Source: a virus (lineage: Duplodnaviria > Caudoviricetes). From it: a DNA stretch of 62,441 nucleotides. Each line of letters starts with the position of its first letter. The first letter of the stretch is position 1. Both the position numbers and the translations under genes were made by a program. This document shows positions 45,191 through 55,548 of this stretch, one piece after another. The notes below the pieces were generated by a model. The model had not been told where the DNA came from and did no database searches. It was given only the letters and a program-made list of their open reading frames with translations. The DNA is taken from positions 1 through 62,441 of the IMG/VR virus record IMGVR_UViG_3300036853_000205. One strand, 5' to 3'.

Positions 45191-46632
45191 CAGGGTCTCC
45201 TCGCTGCGATCGGCACGGCCGGGAACTGGAAGTCGACGCTGGCCCGGAAACCCTGCGGGGTGAAGGTGAGCGTGACGTGCTGCACCGGGGCGGGCGGCAG
45301 GCCCCCGTAGACGGGCAGCCGATCGGGAATGCGCCACCGGGAGCGGACCAGCCGCACATCGTCGGCGACGAGGTCCGCCGCGCCGGTGACGGTGACGGCG
45401 CCCGCGTTGGTGGCGAGCACGACATCGGTTGCGGTGTTGGCGGTGGACGCCGCGTGGTACAGGCTGTTGCCGTCCGCCGCCGTCCAGCCGGGGGGCAGTG
45501 GCACCGCCGGATCGACCATTTCGATTGTGGTGGGGCCGGTGATGCGTACTGCCCGTTTGACCCGCGACGAGAAGATCCGCACGAGATTCAGCAGGGTGTC
45601 CTCGCCGGTGTCCAACGTGGGCTGTATGACGCCCGGATCAAAGGGATCGGTAGGCAGGATTCCCGGGTCCGTCCACACGTCGGGCGGCGGCGGGGTGTAC
45701 TTGTTGGGGTCGTTGGTGGGCGCCTGTACGACGGATTTGGCGCCGGTCAGCCAGAGTTGGTACTGCTGAAAACCGACGACGCCGTTCGACGGCACGGCCG
45801 GGTACTGCGATCCGCCGGGCTGACCCACGAGTCCGATCTGGATATAGATCAGGTCGTGGGCCTGCACGCTCGCCGTAGTCTCGGCCGGGTTGCCGTTCAA
45901 CGACGACAACAGCGTCAGCACGCCGTCCGTCCCGGCCCGGTACACCGACACGCCCACGTCCTGGAAGTTCTCGGGTGTGGTGAAGGCGGTGGCGTGCAGC
46001 GTCGTGTCCGACAACGGCTCGTACTTCCACCAGGCGGTACCGAGCCGGATCAGCGACTGGTCGTCAATCGCCGCCAAACTGTGCGTGAAGCCGTAGTTGA
46101 ACACGGTCGGGGATTTGTAGGTCTGCCCGTCCGCCGCGATGATGACGTCAAACGCGTCGTCGCGCAGGTCGTTGGACTGCGTCGACGCGTAGTCGACTTC
46201 GAGAACGATGTCTTGACCGAAGCCACGTCCGTCGTTTGCGATGCCGCCGCTGCCGACGAGCAGATAGTAGGTCTGCCCCGACACCAGGAAGAACTTCAGG
46301 GCGGCTGTGCAGGTGAAGTAGTCAGGGTCAGGCGGCGCAGGCGATCCGACGCCGAGCGACACAGCCTCGTAATAGCCATAGGCGCCGGGCGCCTTGTCGA
46401 GATTGACGAGTGCGAGAGTGACGCCCTGATAGGTGCCCGTGGCGTAGAACGCTACGTCACGGCCTTCACCGACAATGCTGTAGACGACGATGTTGCCGCC
46501 ATAGGTGGGGCTGACGTGGTGCAACGGCTCGCTGTCGCCACCGTCCGGCAGGGCCGTGACGAAGTCGGAGCTGTACGAAACGATGAACGGCAAGACGTCG
46601 ATCGACTCGCCGGGCCAGTAGTGCTCGGGCAT
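45190..46632 (-). CDS. Minor tail protein
   Basis: Beta-rich, in tail module. Confidence 0.65.
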   Translation of the reverse strand: MPEHYWPGESIDVLPFIVSYSSDFVTALPDGGDSEPLHHVSPTYGGNIVVYSIVGEGRDVAFYATGTYQGVTLALVNLDKAPGAYGYYEAVSLGVGSPAPPDPDYFTCTAALKFFLVSGQTYYLLVGSGGIANDGRGFGQDIVLEVDYASTQSNDLRDDAFDVIIAADGQTYKSPTVFNYGFTHSLAAIDDQSLIRLGTAWWKYEPLSDTTLHATAFTTPENFQDVGVSVYRAGTDGVLTLLSSLNGNPAETTASVQAHDLIYIQIGLVGQPGGSQYPAVPSNGVVGFQQYQLWLTGAKSVVQAPTNDPNKYTPPPPDVWTDPGILPTDPFDPGVIQPTLDTGEDTLLNLVRIFSSRVKRAVRITGPTTIEMVDPAVPLPPGWTAADGNSLYHAASTANTATDVVLATNAGAVTVTGAADLVADDVRLVRSRWRIPDRLPVYGGLPPAPVQHVTLTFTPQGFRASVDFQFPAVPIAARRP

Positions 46633-46633
46633 G

Positions 46634-47641
46634 TCAGTCCCAGCCCTTCACGGTCACCCAGCGGCGGATGCGTCTGATGGCAGTCTCTTGCGGCAGGTTC
46701 TTCCACTTGACGATGCGGCCCATCATCACCGCGTACGTTCCGGCTGCGGTCGCCGAGAAGTCCACGCGCCGGGTCGCGCCGTGCCTGCTGGCCTCGGGGT
46801 CGATCACGTAGGTCAGCGCCGTCGAGTCCACTGTGCCCTTGAACAGCAGTTCACCCGCGTAGCGCACCTCGATGATGTCGCCCGCGTACAGCAGCGGTCC
46901 CGGGTTGTCCCAGTAGCTCAACGCGATGCTGGCGGTCTCCTGCTCGATGAGCAGTGTGTGGAAGCAGCGCTGGGGCCCTTTCGGGGGCGGTGTCGGGTAG
47001 GTGGTGGTGTCGGGGGCGTAGCTCTGATTGATCGTCACCGTGGCTGCGGGAATGTTTACCCAGACCGTGGCGGGGGTGGCGAACTTCGACTTGCCGAGGG
47101 TGAACGCGCCGAGCCGCGAGGTCACCGACGTTGCCCGGCGCAGCACCAGCAGGTCCGGGTTGTAGTCGTGGTACACCTTCGCAGGCAGCCCCCCGCCAAG
47201 CGGCACACCGGTCGCGCCGGCTACCTCGATGCTCAGGTCGGTCTCGAACGCGATCGGCACGACTGCCAGCAACGTCGACAGCGGCACCCGCGCGTCGACC
47301 AGCGCAGCCGTCAAGGTGACCGTCGCGGCGAGGTGGGTTGCCCCCAGTACCGTCGCGTCGATCAGTGTGGTGGTCACGAGGTCGAGCGTCACGGTGATCG
47401 GGGCCGGGTCGAGCGCCGTCGCGTCGATCAGCTCCGTGGCGGTCAGGGTGAACGCTACGGCGATCGGCTCCGGGTCGAGCAACACCGTGGGGATGACAAC
47501 GTCGAGCGACGTGGCGATGGTGATCGCGGTGGTGAGGGCGGCCGGGTCGAGTAGGTCCGTGTCGCCGGGATTCTCGGGCGTGACCAACAACGTGCGTGTG
47601 ACAACGGTTGGCGCGTCCGCGGAGTCGACAATGACGGTCAT
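46634..47641 (-). CDS. Minor tail protein
   Basis: Thr/Ile/Leu repeats N-term; FTLGKS, LLFKGTVD hub-like C-term. Confidence 0.65.
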   Translation of the reverse strand: MTVIVDSADAPTVVTRTLLVTPENPGDTDLLDPAALTTAITIATSLDVVIPTVLLDPEPIAVAFTLTATELIDATALDPAPITVTLDLVTTTLIDATVLGATHLAATVTLTAALVDARVPLSTLLAVVPIAFETDLSIEVAGATGVPLGGGLPAKVYHDYNPDLLVLRRATSVTSRLGAFTLGKSKFATPATVWVNIPAATVTINQSYAPDTTTYPTPPPKGPQRCFHTLLIEQETASIALSYWDNPGPLLYAGDIIEVRYAGELLFKGTVDSTALTYVIDPEASRHGATRRVDFSATAAGTYAVMMGRIVKWKNLPQETAIRRIRRWVTVKGWD

Positions 47642-47731
47642 GGCCGCACCGGTCCTATCTTGGCGCGACGATGATCGTGCGGACTACCACCACCGGGGTC
47701 TGGTCGTCGTCCGGCACCGTGGCGGACGGCA

Positions 47732-48610
47732 TCACTCCCACCTGATCGCGGCGCAGTGGCCCACGACAGGCGCCGCCGACCAGTAGTTCACGAACACGCC
47801 CATCGGCAGGTACACGTGGGCGGAGCCCAGCACGGTGGCGGTAAACGGGGTCAGGGCCCCGAACTCGGCGTTGTAGTACGTCAGCGCGCCGAGCGAGGGC
47901 CGCACCCCCGGCACCATCATGTAGTGCCGGAACACGTTGACGTTGGAGCCTTCCGACGACGTCGTGGCCGTCTTCGACGGGATCATCGCCGGAATGAACG
48001 CGTCGTTGGTGGCAGGTGACGCCGCGCCGAACAGCGACCTGCTCTGTGAGGCGGCGGTGGCGCAGGTGGTGCAGGACTCGGCAAGGAAGCCGGTGGCGGT
48101 GGCGGTGCCGGTGGCGTCGCGGGAGCGGTCCACCACCAGCGACGCGACGCAGTTGTTGGCGGTGCCGCCCGAGAGGTACCCGGCGCCCAGCACCATCGTG
48201 AACGTTCCATCGACGTAACACGCGTACGAGGTCAGCCCGGACTGCAACGCGCCCATGTTGGTGTTGTTGGCCAGGCTGAACGATGGGCTGGACAGGGTGC
48301 CCGCCCCGTTGGTGACCGAACCCACGTCCAGGCGCAACGCCGGACGGGCAAGGCCGTCGGTGTAGTAGGTGACCTTGACGATGATCGGAGTGGTCGTTTG
48401 CAAGGTGTCCGGGAATTTGAACGCGTGGTAGCCGAGGTTCGTAGTCGACGTGTTCACGGTGGAGGTGATGGTGCTGACGTCGAGCTGCCCGGTGTCGGTC
48501 GTGGCGACGAGCCCGGCAGCGATGATCAGGTCGTGGACGCCGTTGATCCAGGTGCGGGTGTCCACGGCGGCGGTGTTGGACCACGAAAAGACGCTGGTGG
48601 CGGTCGTCAC
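47732..48610 (-). CDS. Minor tail/virion protein
   Basis: Thr/Gly/Ala-rich, in tail module. Confidence 0.65.
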   Translation of the reverse strand: MTTATSVFSWSNTAAVDTRTWINGVHDLIIAAGLVATTDTGQLDVSTITSTVNTSTTNLGYHAFKFPDTLQTTTPIIVKVTYYTDGLARPALRLDVGSVTNGAGTLSSPSFSLANNTNMGALQSGLTSYACYVDGTFTMVLGAGYLSGGTANNCVASLVVDRSRDATGTATATGFLAESCTTCATAASQSRSLFGAASPATNDAFIPAMIPSKTATTSSEGSNVNVFRHYMMVPGVRPSLGALTYYNAEFGALTPFTATVLGSAHVYLPMGVFVNYWSAAPVVGHCAAIRWE

Positions 48611-48612
48611 GG

Positions 48613-49020
48613 TCAGACCGCCGTGATGGAGATCGAACCGGCGGCCAGCGTCGGCACTGCGCCGGAACCGATGGCGCGGGGCGTCGCCAGCAGGGAGAAC
48701 GCCCGCACCGTCCCGGACGCACCGTCCTTGAAAACGACGTACGTCACGGTGCCCCAGCTACCCGTGGCGGTCGGGAACACGATGGCCACCCCGTTGGTCT
48801 TGGCGCCGGAGGCGGCGTCCGGGAAGTTGGTGGCGTTGTTCACCACGGCAACAGTCGCGTACCCGTTACCGGACGGCTCGGTGACGTTGCCGCCGGTCGC
48901 GGTCGGGGTGGTGGTCGACAACCCGACGTAGTAGGTACCTGGGGCGTTGGTCGCCGCCGCCGCACCGCCGCCGAACCGGGAGTCGAGACTGTTGTTGCAA
49001 TCGCTGGTCACGAGCGGCAC
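48613..49020 (-). CDS. Fibre-associated structural protein
   Basis: YVGLST..TEPSGNGYA..IVFPTATGSWGTVTY. Confidence 0.75.
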   Translation of the reverse strand: MPLVTSDCNNSLDSRFGGGAAAATNAPGTYYVGLSTTTPTATGGNVTEPSGNGYATVAVVNNATNFPDAASGAKTNGVAIVFPTATGSWGTVTYVVFKDGASGTVRAFSLLATPRAIGSGAVPTLAAGSISITAV

Positions 49021-49044
49021 GGGAAATCCCTTCGTTGAGTTGTG

Positions 49045-52000
49045 TCAGGACGTGGTGGGCAGCAGGCGTCGTCGCCCGGTGCGCCGTTCGTACGCTTCGA
49101 TGGCGGACACGACCTGGCGGCCCGCTTCGGCGGGGTCGGCGCCGGGCGCAACGCTGACGTTGATGACGATTCCGGGTAGCGGCGCGGCCGATCCGGCGAG
49201 CGCCGTCACGGGCACCCGCCCGGTCGCCGAAAGGTCGACATTGGCTTGGGCCGAGACGCCACCCTGGATCAACGAGGACACGCCCGCAAGCTGGGTCCTG
49301 AGCGTGGGGACCTGTGACTGGATTCCGTCGATCAGGCTGCCGAGGATGAGCTTCCCGTTGGCGTGCAGCAGCTTCGCGTCTCGGGCAGGAGGGCCCTTCC
49401 ACGACGCGATCTTTCCGGTGAGGTCCGTGAAGACACCCCGGACCTTGTCGAAACCAGCGCGCACACCGTCGATGAAGCCTTGGATGATCGAGCCTGCGAT
49501 ATCGCGGAATTTCTGGATCAGCCCCGAAACAACAGCGATCACCCGGTCGCGGAATGCGATTGCGCGGTCGACCAGTGCGGTAAGGCCCCCCCAGATTATC
49601 GCTACTCCGGTGATGAAGTCGCGGAACCGGTCTCGCACCCATTTGAACACGTTGACGAAATAGCCCCGGATTTTGTCGAACACGGCCACCGTCGTGTCGT
49701 GGATCTGCCGCCAGTGCGACGTCACGAAAAGCACGATTAGCCCAACCGGGCCGGTGATAATGCCGAGGACAAGCTTCCAGTGGTCCTTGAGCCACCCGAA
49801 GACTTCCTTGGCCCCCTCCCACAGGAATTTGAACGCCGAGGCGACCGCGCGGAATGCCCCGTCCACGATCTTGCGGAACGTCTCGCTGTGCTTGTACGCG
49901 TAGATCAATCCGCCCGCCAGCGCGGCGATCGCCAGGACGATCAAGCCAATCGGGTTGGCGTCCAACGCGACGTTGAGCAGCCACTGCGCCGCCGTCGCCA
50001 CACCGCTGGCCACACTCGACGCGATCATTGCCACCTTTGCGGCGATAAACGACACGCCCGCGCGCACGTTGGCGAGAATGGTCGAGTTGATGGCTGCGTT
50101 GTAAAGGCCCTGCGCGATTGCGGAGGCCCGGGTGGCGACCGCCTGAGCCTTCGTAATGATCAGAGCCTTGGCGGCGTCGGCGGCGAGCTTCGCCATACCC
50201 GCACCCTTGATGACGACGTTGTATGCGCCCTGGGCGATCACCCCCGCCTTGGTGGCTACGGCCTGCGCCTTGGTGGTGACCAGCATCTTGGCGTATTCCA
50301 GCCGGAACGGGATCAGCTTCGCAACGTCCATGACCGCCGTGTAGGCGACCTGCGCGGCCTTTGCCACATCCACGGCGTTGGCTAGCGCAAGCTGCGCCAG
50401 TCTCCACGCCTTGACGGCGACCACAATCCCGAGGACAGCAAGAGCGAACGTGCCGAACGCCGGGTTGGCGACCAGCGCGGTCAGCTTGTCGAGAATCGGC
50501 ACCAGAATGGCCACGGCGCCGGGAACAGCTTTGCCGATCGCATCAGCGACATCGACCAGGGTGGGCACCAGCGCCAGCGCGGCCGGAACCAGCGAGGTCA
50601 GCAGAGCGGCGGCGAGCTGCCCGACCGGCGGGATCAGCGGCAGCAGCGCGACGAGGATTCTGCCGAGCGGATCGACCAATGTGCCCGCTGCGGACACGAT
50701 CGACGGCAGTGCGTCACCAAGGGCCGCCAACACCGGCGTCACACCGGTCGAGACAGCCGCAACGACCTTTGTCAGCACCGGAAACAGCGGGGCGAACGAC
50801 GTCAGCAACTGCGCGACGGAGCGGGCGACCACGATGATGGCGGGCACCAGCGCGGCCACCAACACGGGCGCGATCCGCACCAAGGCGATGACCAGAGCAG
50901 CAATCGGCGGTATCAGCTTCGCGAAGACGGGGAACAGCGGCGCGAGCGCGGTGAGCAGCTTCCCGCCGGTTTGGGCTACGACAATGAGCGCGGGGGCGAG
51001 GTCCGCGACCAGGATCGGTGCGACCTTCACGAACGCCACGATGAGCGCGGATACCGGCTTCAGTAGTGCGATCACCGCGCCGACGATCAGGGCGAAGACC
51101 GGTCGGAGCTGAACCAGGGCCGCGCTGACCGCCTGGACCACCGGGATCATCGCTTCACGGAACGCGAGGATCAGCGGGTACAGGATCGGCAGGAACGTGG
51201 CGAGCACGCTGACAATGCCGACCAGCGCGGGCAACAGCGGCGAAAGGCCAGTGAGGACGTTGACAAACACGTCGGCGAGCTGCTTCACGATCGGCAACAG
51301 CGTCGGCACCAGCGGCACGAGCTGACCGGAGATGACGTCCGCGAATTTCAGGAACGCGGTGATCAGCACGGACACGATCGGTGCGACCGCTGGAACGATC
51401 TTGGCGATGTGGGCGACGAACGCGCTGATTTCCGGCCCGGCGAACGCGACCTTCAGGGCGCCCGCAATCGCGGCCAGGGCGTGGAGGACGGGCCCGGCGA
51501 GCGGCGCAGCGGCCTTGATGAGGTTGCCGAACGCGCCCCCGAGGTTGCTGAGGAGGCTGCCGATGACGGGCAGCAGCGCAGTCGCTGACCGGGCGAGGGC
51601 GTCGAAGTTGATCAGGCGCATTGCGGCGGTCAGCGGGATCAGCTTCGCAAGGATCACGTTGCCGAGAGGGGCGAACGCGGTCACCAGGTGTCCCGCGACC
51701 ACGAGCAGGTTGCCGATGGTGGTGGAGACGGACAGGAACGCGGGTACGCCCTGGGTCTTGATCAGCGACACGAGCGGCCCGACGCTGCGGGTCAGCCCTG
51801 CGAAGCCCTTGGAGCTGACGCTCTGGACCGCCTTGCCCATGTCCGTGATAGCCGGCGTGAGCCGAGGGATGATCCGGCCCAGGGTTCCCGCCGCCGTGGA
51901 GATGATGCCCAGCACCACGGGCGCCTGGGACTCGGACAGGTCGCTCCACGCCTTGTTCATGGCGAGGGTTTGCAGGGTGGCGGCCCGCTGCAACGGCGTC

Positions 52001-52545
52001 AACGCGCCCAGCGACGAGGCCATGGCCTGCTGCGCCTTCGTCATGGCCTTGGTGTCGCCGATGGACTTGGCACGGTCGTACGCGTGGCTGGCCGTGTTGT
52101 ACTCGCCCACGGCCGCTGTAACAGCTTTGAAGGTGGGGGCCGCTACCGCCGCGAACAGGCCCACGCCGATGGTGGCGGCGCCCAGGGCCGCGCCTACCGC
52201 GAGTGTCGCCGCGACCAGGGGCAGCGTTGCGGAGGTGGCGGCGAGCGCGCCAGCGGCGACCAGGGCGTACTTGTTCGCCACGCCGGTCAGTCCGAACGAC
52301 AGGTCCGGTAGGCCCTGGCGGATGCGGTCGAGCGCGAGATTCGCCACGACGATCTGTGCGACGCCTTGCGCGAATCCCTTGGTCTTCAGCTCGATGTCGA
52401 CATTGCGTCCGTCGAGCTTGTCCACGCGCCGTTGCAGAACGGCCAGGCGTGCCCCGGTCTGGTCGGCGGCGGAACCAGTGTTTCGCAGGCCGCGCACGGC
52501 GTTGGCGGCATCGGCCAGAATGGAAATACGGATGGTTGATGCCAC
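49045..52545 (-). CDS. Tape measure protein
   Basis: 1166 aa amphipathic repeats; ANPIGLIV..SETFRKIV; KGPP..D..LL..G. Confidence 0.93.
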   Translation of the reverse strand: MASTIRISILADAANAVRGLRNTGSAADQTGARLAVLQRRVDKLDGRNVDIELKTKGFAQGVAQIVVANLALDRIRQGLPDLSFGLTGVANKYALVAAGALAATSATLPLVAATLAVGAALGAATIGVGLFAAVAAPTFKAVTAAVGEYNTASHAYDRAKSIGDTKAMTKAQQAMASSLGALTPLQRAATLQTLAMNKAWSDLSESQAPVVLGIISTAAGTLGRIIPRLTPAITDMGKAVQSVSSKGFAGLTRSVGPLVSLIKTQGVPAFLSVSTTIGNLLVVAGHLVTAFAPLGNVILAKLIPLTAAMRLINFDALARSATALLPVIGSLLSNLGGAFGNLIKAAAPLAGPVLHALAAIAGALKVAFAGPEISAFVAHIAKIVPAVAPIVSVLITAFLKFADVISGQLVPLVPTLLPIVKQLADVFVNVLTGLSPLLPALVGIVSVLATFLPILYPLILAFREAMIPVVQAVSAALVQLRPVFALIVGAVIALLKPVSALIVAFVKVAPILVADLAPALIVVAQTGGKLLTALAPLFPVFAKLIPPIAALVIALVRIAPVLVAALVPAIIVVARSVAQLLTSFAPLFPVLTKVVAAVSTGVTPVLAALGDALPSIVSAAGTLVDPLGRILVALLPLIPPVGQLAAALLTSLVPAALALVPTLVDVADAIGKAVPGAVAILVPILDKLTALVANPAFGTFALAVLGIVVAVKAWRLAQLALANAVDVAKAAQVAYTAVMDVAKLIPFRLEYAKMLVTTKAQAVATKAGVIAQGAYNVVIKGAGMAKLAADAAKALIITKAQAVATRASAIAQGLYNAAINSTILANVRAGVSFIAAKVAMIASSVASGVATAAQWLLNVALDANPIGLIVLAIAALAGGLIYAYKHSETFRKIVDGAFRAVASAFKFLWEGAKEVFGWLKDHWKLVLGIITGPVGLIVLFVTSHWRQIHDTTVAVFDKIRGYFVNVFKWVRDRFRDFITGVAIIWGGLTALVDRAIAFRDRVIAVVSGLIQKFRDIAGSIIQGFIDGVRAGFDKVRGVFTDLTGKIASWKGPPARDAKLLHANGKLILGSLIDGIQSQVPTLRTQLAGVSSLIQGGVSAQANVDLSATGRVPVTALAGSAAPLPGIVINVSVAPGADPAEAGRQVVSAIEAYERRTGRRRLLPTTS

Positions 52546-52555
52546 GACGCGTCAC

Positions 52556-52983
52556 CTACCTCTGTTTCATCGCATTGACGGCGGTGGCGAACGCGTCTCG
52601 TTGGCGCAGGGTCAGGCTGTAGAACACGTCGGGGCCGAATCCGGTGCCTACGCACCAGTTCGCAAGCGACTGGTCGGCGTCGCGTCTGGCTAAAATCCTT
52701 TTCCCAGCTCGGTGTCCGGGTCACTCGCGTCGGCGTCGATCGGCTCAGGCGCGAACACCGCGTTGAGTTGCTTGAGGGTCATCGACTTCACTGCGTTCCA
52801 CGACAGGGTTGCCCCGTCACGGTTTCCGTACGCCCAGACGGCTCCGAGCAGGGTCCGGGCACCACCGAGGTCGGACAGGTCCGCCTTGAAGTGCGTTTGG
52901 ATGGCGATGACCTCGAAGCCGGTCAGTTCTTCGGCGGCCACGGACAAAGGGAGGTCACAGTTCAGCGCGGGTACATCGGTCAT
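52556..52983 (-). CDS. Tail assembly chaperone G and -1 frameshifted G-T
   Basis: G = 52690-52983; slippery GGGAAAA at 52699-52705; -1 frame open to 52556 (..WCVGTGFGPDVFYSLTLRQRDAF..). Confidence 0.82.
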
Positions 52984-53351
52984 GACAGGTTTCTCTCTCT
53001 GAGCAGTCGATCGACAGCGGTCACGAGGTCACGCAGCACGCGCGGTCGGATGGCCACGTCGGCTTTCTGCATGAATCCGTCGCCCTTGATGTTGCGTTTG
53101 GGCCAGCCGTAGTTGATCGGTCCCGCGTAGGGCGCGCGGGTACCGCCCGCCGAAACGGTGGCGTAGTTCTTGGCGGAGCTGCCGCGAATGGTGGCGGCGA
53201 GCTTTCCGGAGCGGTGCGGCGCAAAGCCGGCTGCCAACGACCTGGCCTCCTGGGCGATGCCCCCGAACGCCGCTTTGAGGTCCGCGACCTGGACCCCCGT
53301 TCTTTCCAGGTCGCGGACCAGCTTTGTTAGGCCGTCAACCTTCACGGTCAT
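52980..53351 (-). CDS. HK97 gp10-like neck/tail protein
   Basis: APHRSGKLAATIR..APYAGPINYGWP. Confidence 0.8.
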   Translation of the reverse strand: MTVKVDGLTKLVRDLERTGVQVADLKAAFGGIAQEARSLAAGFAPHRSGKLAATIRGSSAKNYATVSAGGTRAPYAGPINYGWPKRNIKGDGFMQKADVAIRPRVLRDLVTAVDRLLRERNLS

Positions 53352-53353
53352 GA

Positions 53354-53773
53354 CTAGGCCGTGACCTTGGTGGGCTTGGCCGTGAAGATCCATTCCACTT
53401 CGGTGACGAACCGGGCGGACGTGCTCGGGTCGGCGTCGCCGCCGAGGAAGTCTCCGGACGGTTCGCTGATGGTGACGGTGCCGTGGAAGTGCGGCTCCGT
53501 CGCCGATGCAGTCGCGTTGCCGTACGGGCGCACAACGACTGCGACGTCAGTGCCCGCCGCAGACCACACCTGATTCCACAGGCTTGTCGACTCGGCGTCC
53601 TGAATGAACTTCAGCTTGAGGCCGTATTCGCGCGAGCCACCGGCGGCGGCGTCGGCGAAGGAGACGAAGTCGCTTTTTGCTTCCTTGCTGGTGATGGTGG
53701 CGCTGCTCACCTCAGCCGCGACTTCATCGCCGTCGATGGTCAGGGTGAGCTTGCGGGTACCGATAGCGGCCAT
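53354..53773 (-). CDS. Major tail protein
   Basis: Size, position before chaperone; VRPYGNA..P.F.GTV. Confidence 0.78.
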   Translation of the reverse strand: MAAIGTRKLTLTIDGDEVAAEVSSATITSKEAKSDFVSFADAAAGGSREYGLKLKFIQDAESTSLWNQVWSAAGTDVAVVVRPYGNATASATEPHFHGTVTISEPSGDFLGGDADPSTSARFVTEVEWIFTAKPTKVTA

Positions 53774-53790
53774 GGCTGATTCCTCGATCT

Positions 53791-54165
53791 CTACAGGGTT
53801 ACAGGCTTGGACAGGTGCAGCACGGTGCCCAAATAGTCAGCGCCGCTTTCGGTGACGGTGATGGGTGCAGGGGGCTCGACACCGGCCAGAACCCAGTCCA
53901 TCGAATTGACGATTGCCAGCTCGATAAGGTCTTCCAGCGTCTCCAGGGACTCGACCACGTCAGCGTGATCCGCGAGAATCGCCACGTCGATGTGCACCAG
54001 GTACTCGCGGAAGTTGGGCCCAGCGGCAATGTAGACACTTCCCAGCGGGGGCATGACGTAGACGCAGGGCAGCGCTATCTGATCTGGCCACGAGGCGAAG
54101 ACGGGCACTCCGAGCACCGCCAGGTCGGTGGTGAGTTGGACCCGCAAATCTCGAAGTACAGACAC
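53791..54165 (-). CDS. Tail terminator-like protein
   Basis: Position; PDQIALPCVYV. Confidence 0.62.
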   Translation of the reverse strand: MSVLRDLRVQLTTDLAVLGVPVFASWPDQIALPCVYVMPPLGSVYIAAGPNFREYLVHIDVAILADHADVVESLETLEDLIELAIVNSMDWVLAGVEPPAPITVTESGADYLGTVLHLSKPVTL

Positions 54166-54196
54166 GTTTTCAGGGCTCCCTATGGCGGCTGAGGGG

Positions 54197-54607
54197 TCAC
54201 GGACGCGTCACCAGCGCGAGCCCTAGGACGTAGTGCGACACGTTGGGGTCGTCGGCGTTCGGTGCCCACGTCAACCCGGCCGCATCCGCCACGTCGTACA
54301 GGCTGAGGCCCTGGCCGGTGAATGCGCTGCGCGCGGCGAACACGGCTGCCCGCGCGGCCACCGCCATGTCGTAGGCGGCTGCCTTGCTCTCGGCGAAGGA
54401 CTCGATGTCGATGACGGGGTTGTCGAGTTTCATCCACAGCGTGGGCACCCCGCCGGTGCGCGCCACCCGCAACCTACGGGCGGGGTAGGCGTAGCCGACG
54501 AGATCGGTGGCGACGGTGACGCCGGTGATGGCCGTGATGTGGGTGCTGGCCCGCAGAATGTCGCACACTGCTGCTTCGGCGTCGCCAAACACGGTGTAGT
54601 CGGCCAC
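54197..54607 (-). CDS. Second tail terminator-like protein
   Basis: DAEAAV..RVARTGG..DNPVIDIESFA..A. Confidence 0.7.
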   Translation of the reverse strand: MADYTVFGDAEAAVCDILRASTHITAITGVTVATDLVGYAYPARRLRVARTGGVPTLWMKLDNPVIDIESFAESKAAAYDMAVAARAAVFAARSAFTGQGLSLYDVADAAGLTWAPNADDPNVSHYVLGLALVTRP

Positions 54608-54609
54608 GG

Positions 54610-54939
54610 TCAACCTTCCACGCGCTGGAGGTCGGCTTCGATGTGGGCGAGGGCGCCGGACGGTGACGCCCAGCGCCGCACCTCGCCGGTGACGTCGTAC
54701 AGGGTGCCGTTCCAGCGAATGCGGTTGGCGGAGACCAGGGCGGTGCCGAGCGGGGCGAACAACACCCAACGCCGGGTGAGCCGGTCTAGCACCTCATCGC
54801 CCGGTACGGGTTGCACCCGGCACCCGGTCACCGTCGTCACGACCGGGCTGTCCCAGTCCAGGGCGGTGGTGTTGCCGTACCGGTCCGTAAGGGGCGGGGC
54901 CTCCAACACGTCCACGGTTTCGGTGTGGAAGGAAATCAT
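54610..54939 (-). CDS. Head-to-tail stopper
   Basis: DRYGN..DW..CRVQP..YDVTGE..W..HIEA. Confidence 0.82.
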   Translation of the reverse strand: MISFHTETVDVLEAPPLTDRYGNTTALDWDSPVVTTVTGCRVQPVPGDEVLDRLTRRWVLFAPLGTALVSANRIRWNGTLYDVTGEVRRWASPSGALAHIEADLQRVEG

Positions 54940-54943
54940 GTCG

Positions 54944-55540
54944 TCAGGCCGCCAACGGGACACGGATGCGGTCGAGCATCCGCTTTTCGAACGTCAACAG
55001 GGTCACCGTGCCGGGTGGTGCCGTGGGCAAGGTGGTCGTTCGGGGGGCCGAGTAGGTGACGGACTCCCCGCCCGAGGTTTCCTGTGTGATCGGGCCGGAC
55101 CTGGCGTCGGCGGCGAGGGCGGGGCCGATGGCCCGTCCGGCGACCGCGCACACGAGCGTGATGACCCAGCCGGGTGTGGTGGCGAAGCCGTGGCCCATCT
55201 GCGTGATGACGCCCCGACGTCGCCCCGTCCAGCACCCTCCGCGACGCTTCTCCATCACCCCGTTGGTGGACCAATCGATGCCGGTCACGTCGAGCGCTCG
55301 CCCGTCCTCGCTGACGGAGGTGAGCGATAGCAGGTTCATCGTGGGCAGGGTTTGGATGGCGGTGCCTGTGCCGTCCACGACCACTGTCGCGTCGAGCACT
55401 GGCGCGATGTGCCAGCCGCAGTAGTCCGTGACCGCGTCACAGGCCCCGTTCAGCAGCAGTTGTGCGGTGTAGGCGTCGAACGCGTCCAGGTCCCGCTTCA
55501 GGTATGCCGCGAAGTCTTCGATAGTGACCAGGGTTTCCAT
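54944..55540 (-). CDS. Head-to-tail adaptor
   Basis: DYCGWHIAP..DGTG..LPT..HGF..GGESVTY. Confidence 0.82.
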   Translation of the reverse strand: METLVTIEDFAAYLKRDLDAFDAYTAQLLLNGACDAVTDYCGWHIAPVLDATVVVDGTGTAIQTLPTMNLLSLTSVSEDGRALDVTGIDWSTNGVMEKRRGGCWTGRRRGVITQMGHGFATTPGWVITLVCAVAGRAIGPALAADARSGPITQETSGGESVTYSAPRTTTLPTAPPGTVTLLTFEKRMLDRIRVPLAA

Positions 55541-55548
55541 GTGCGCGC

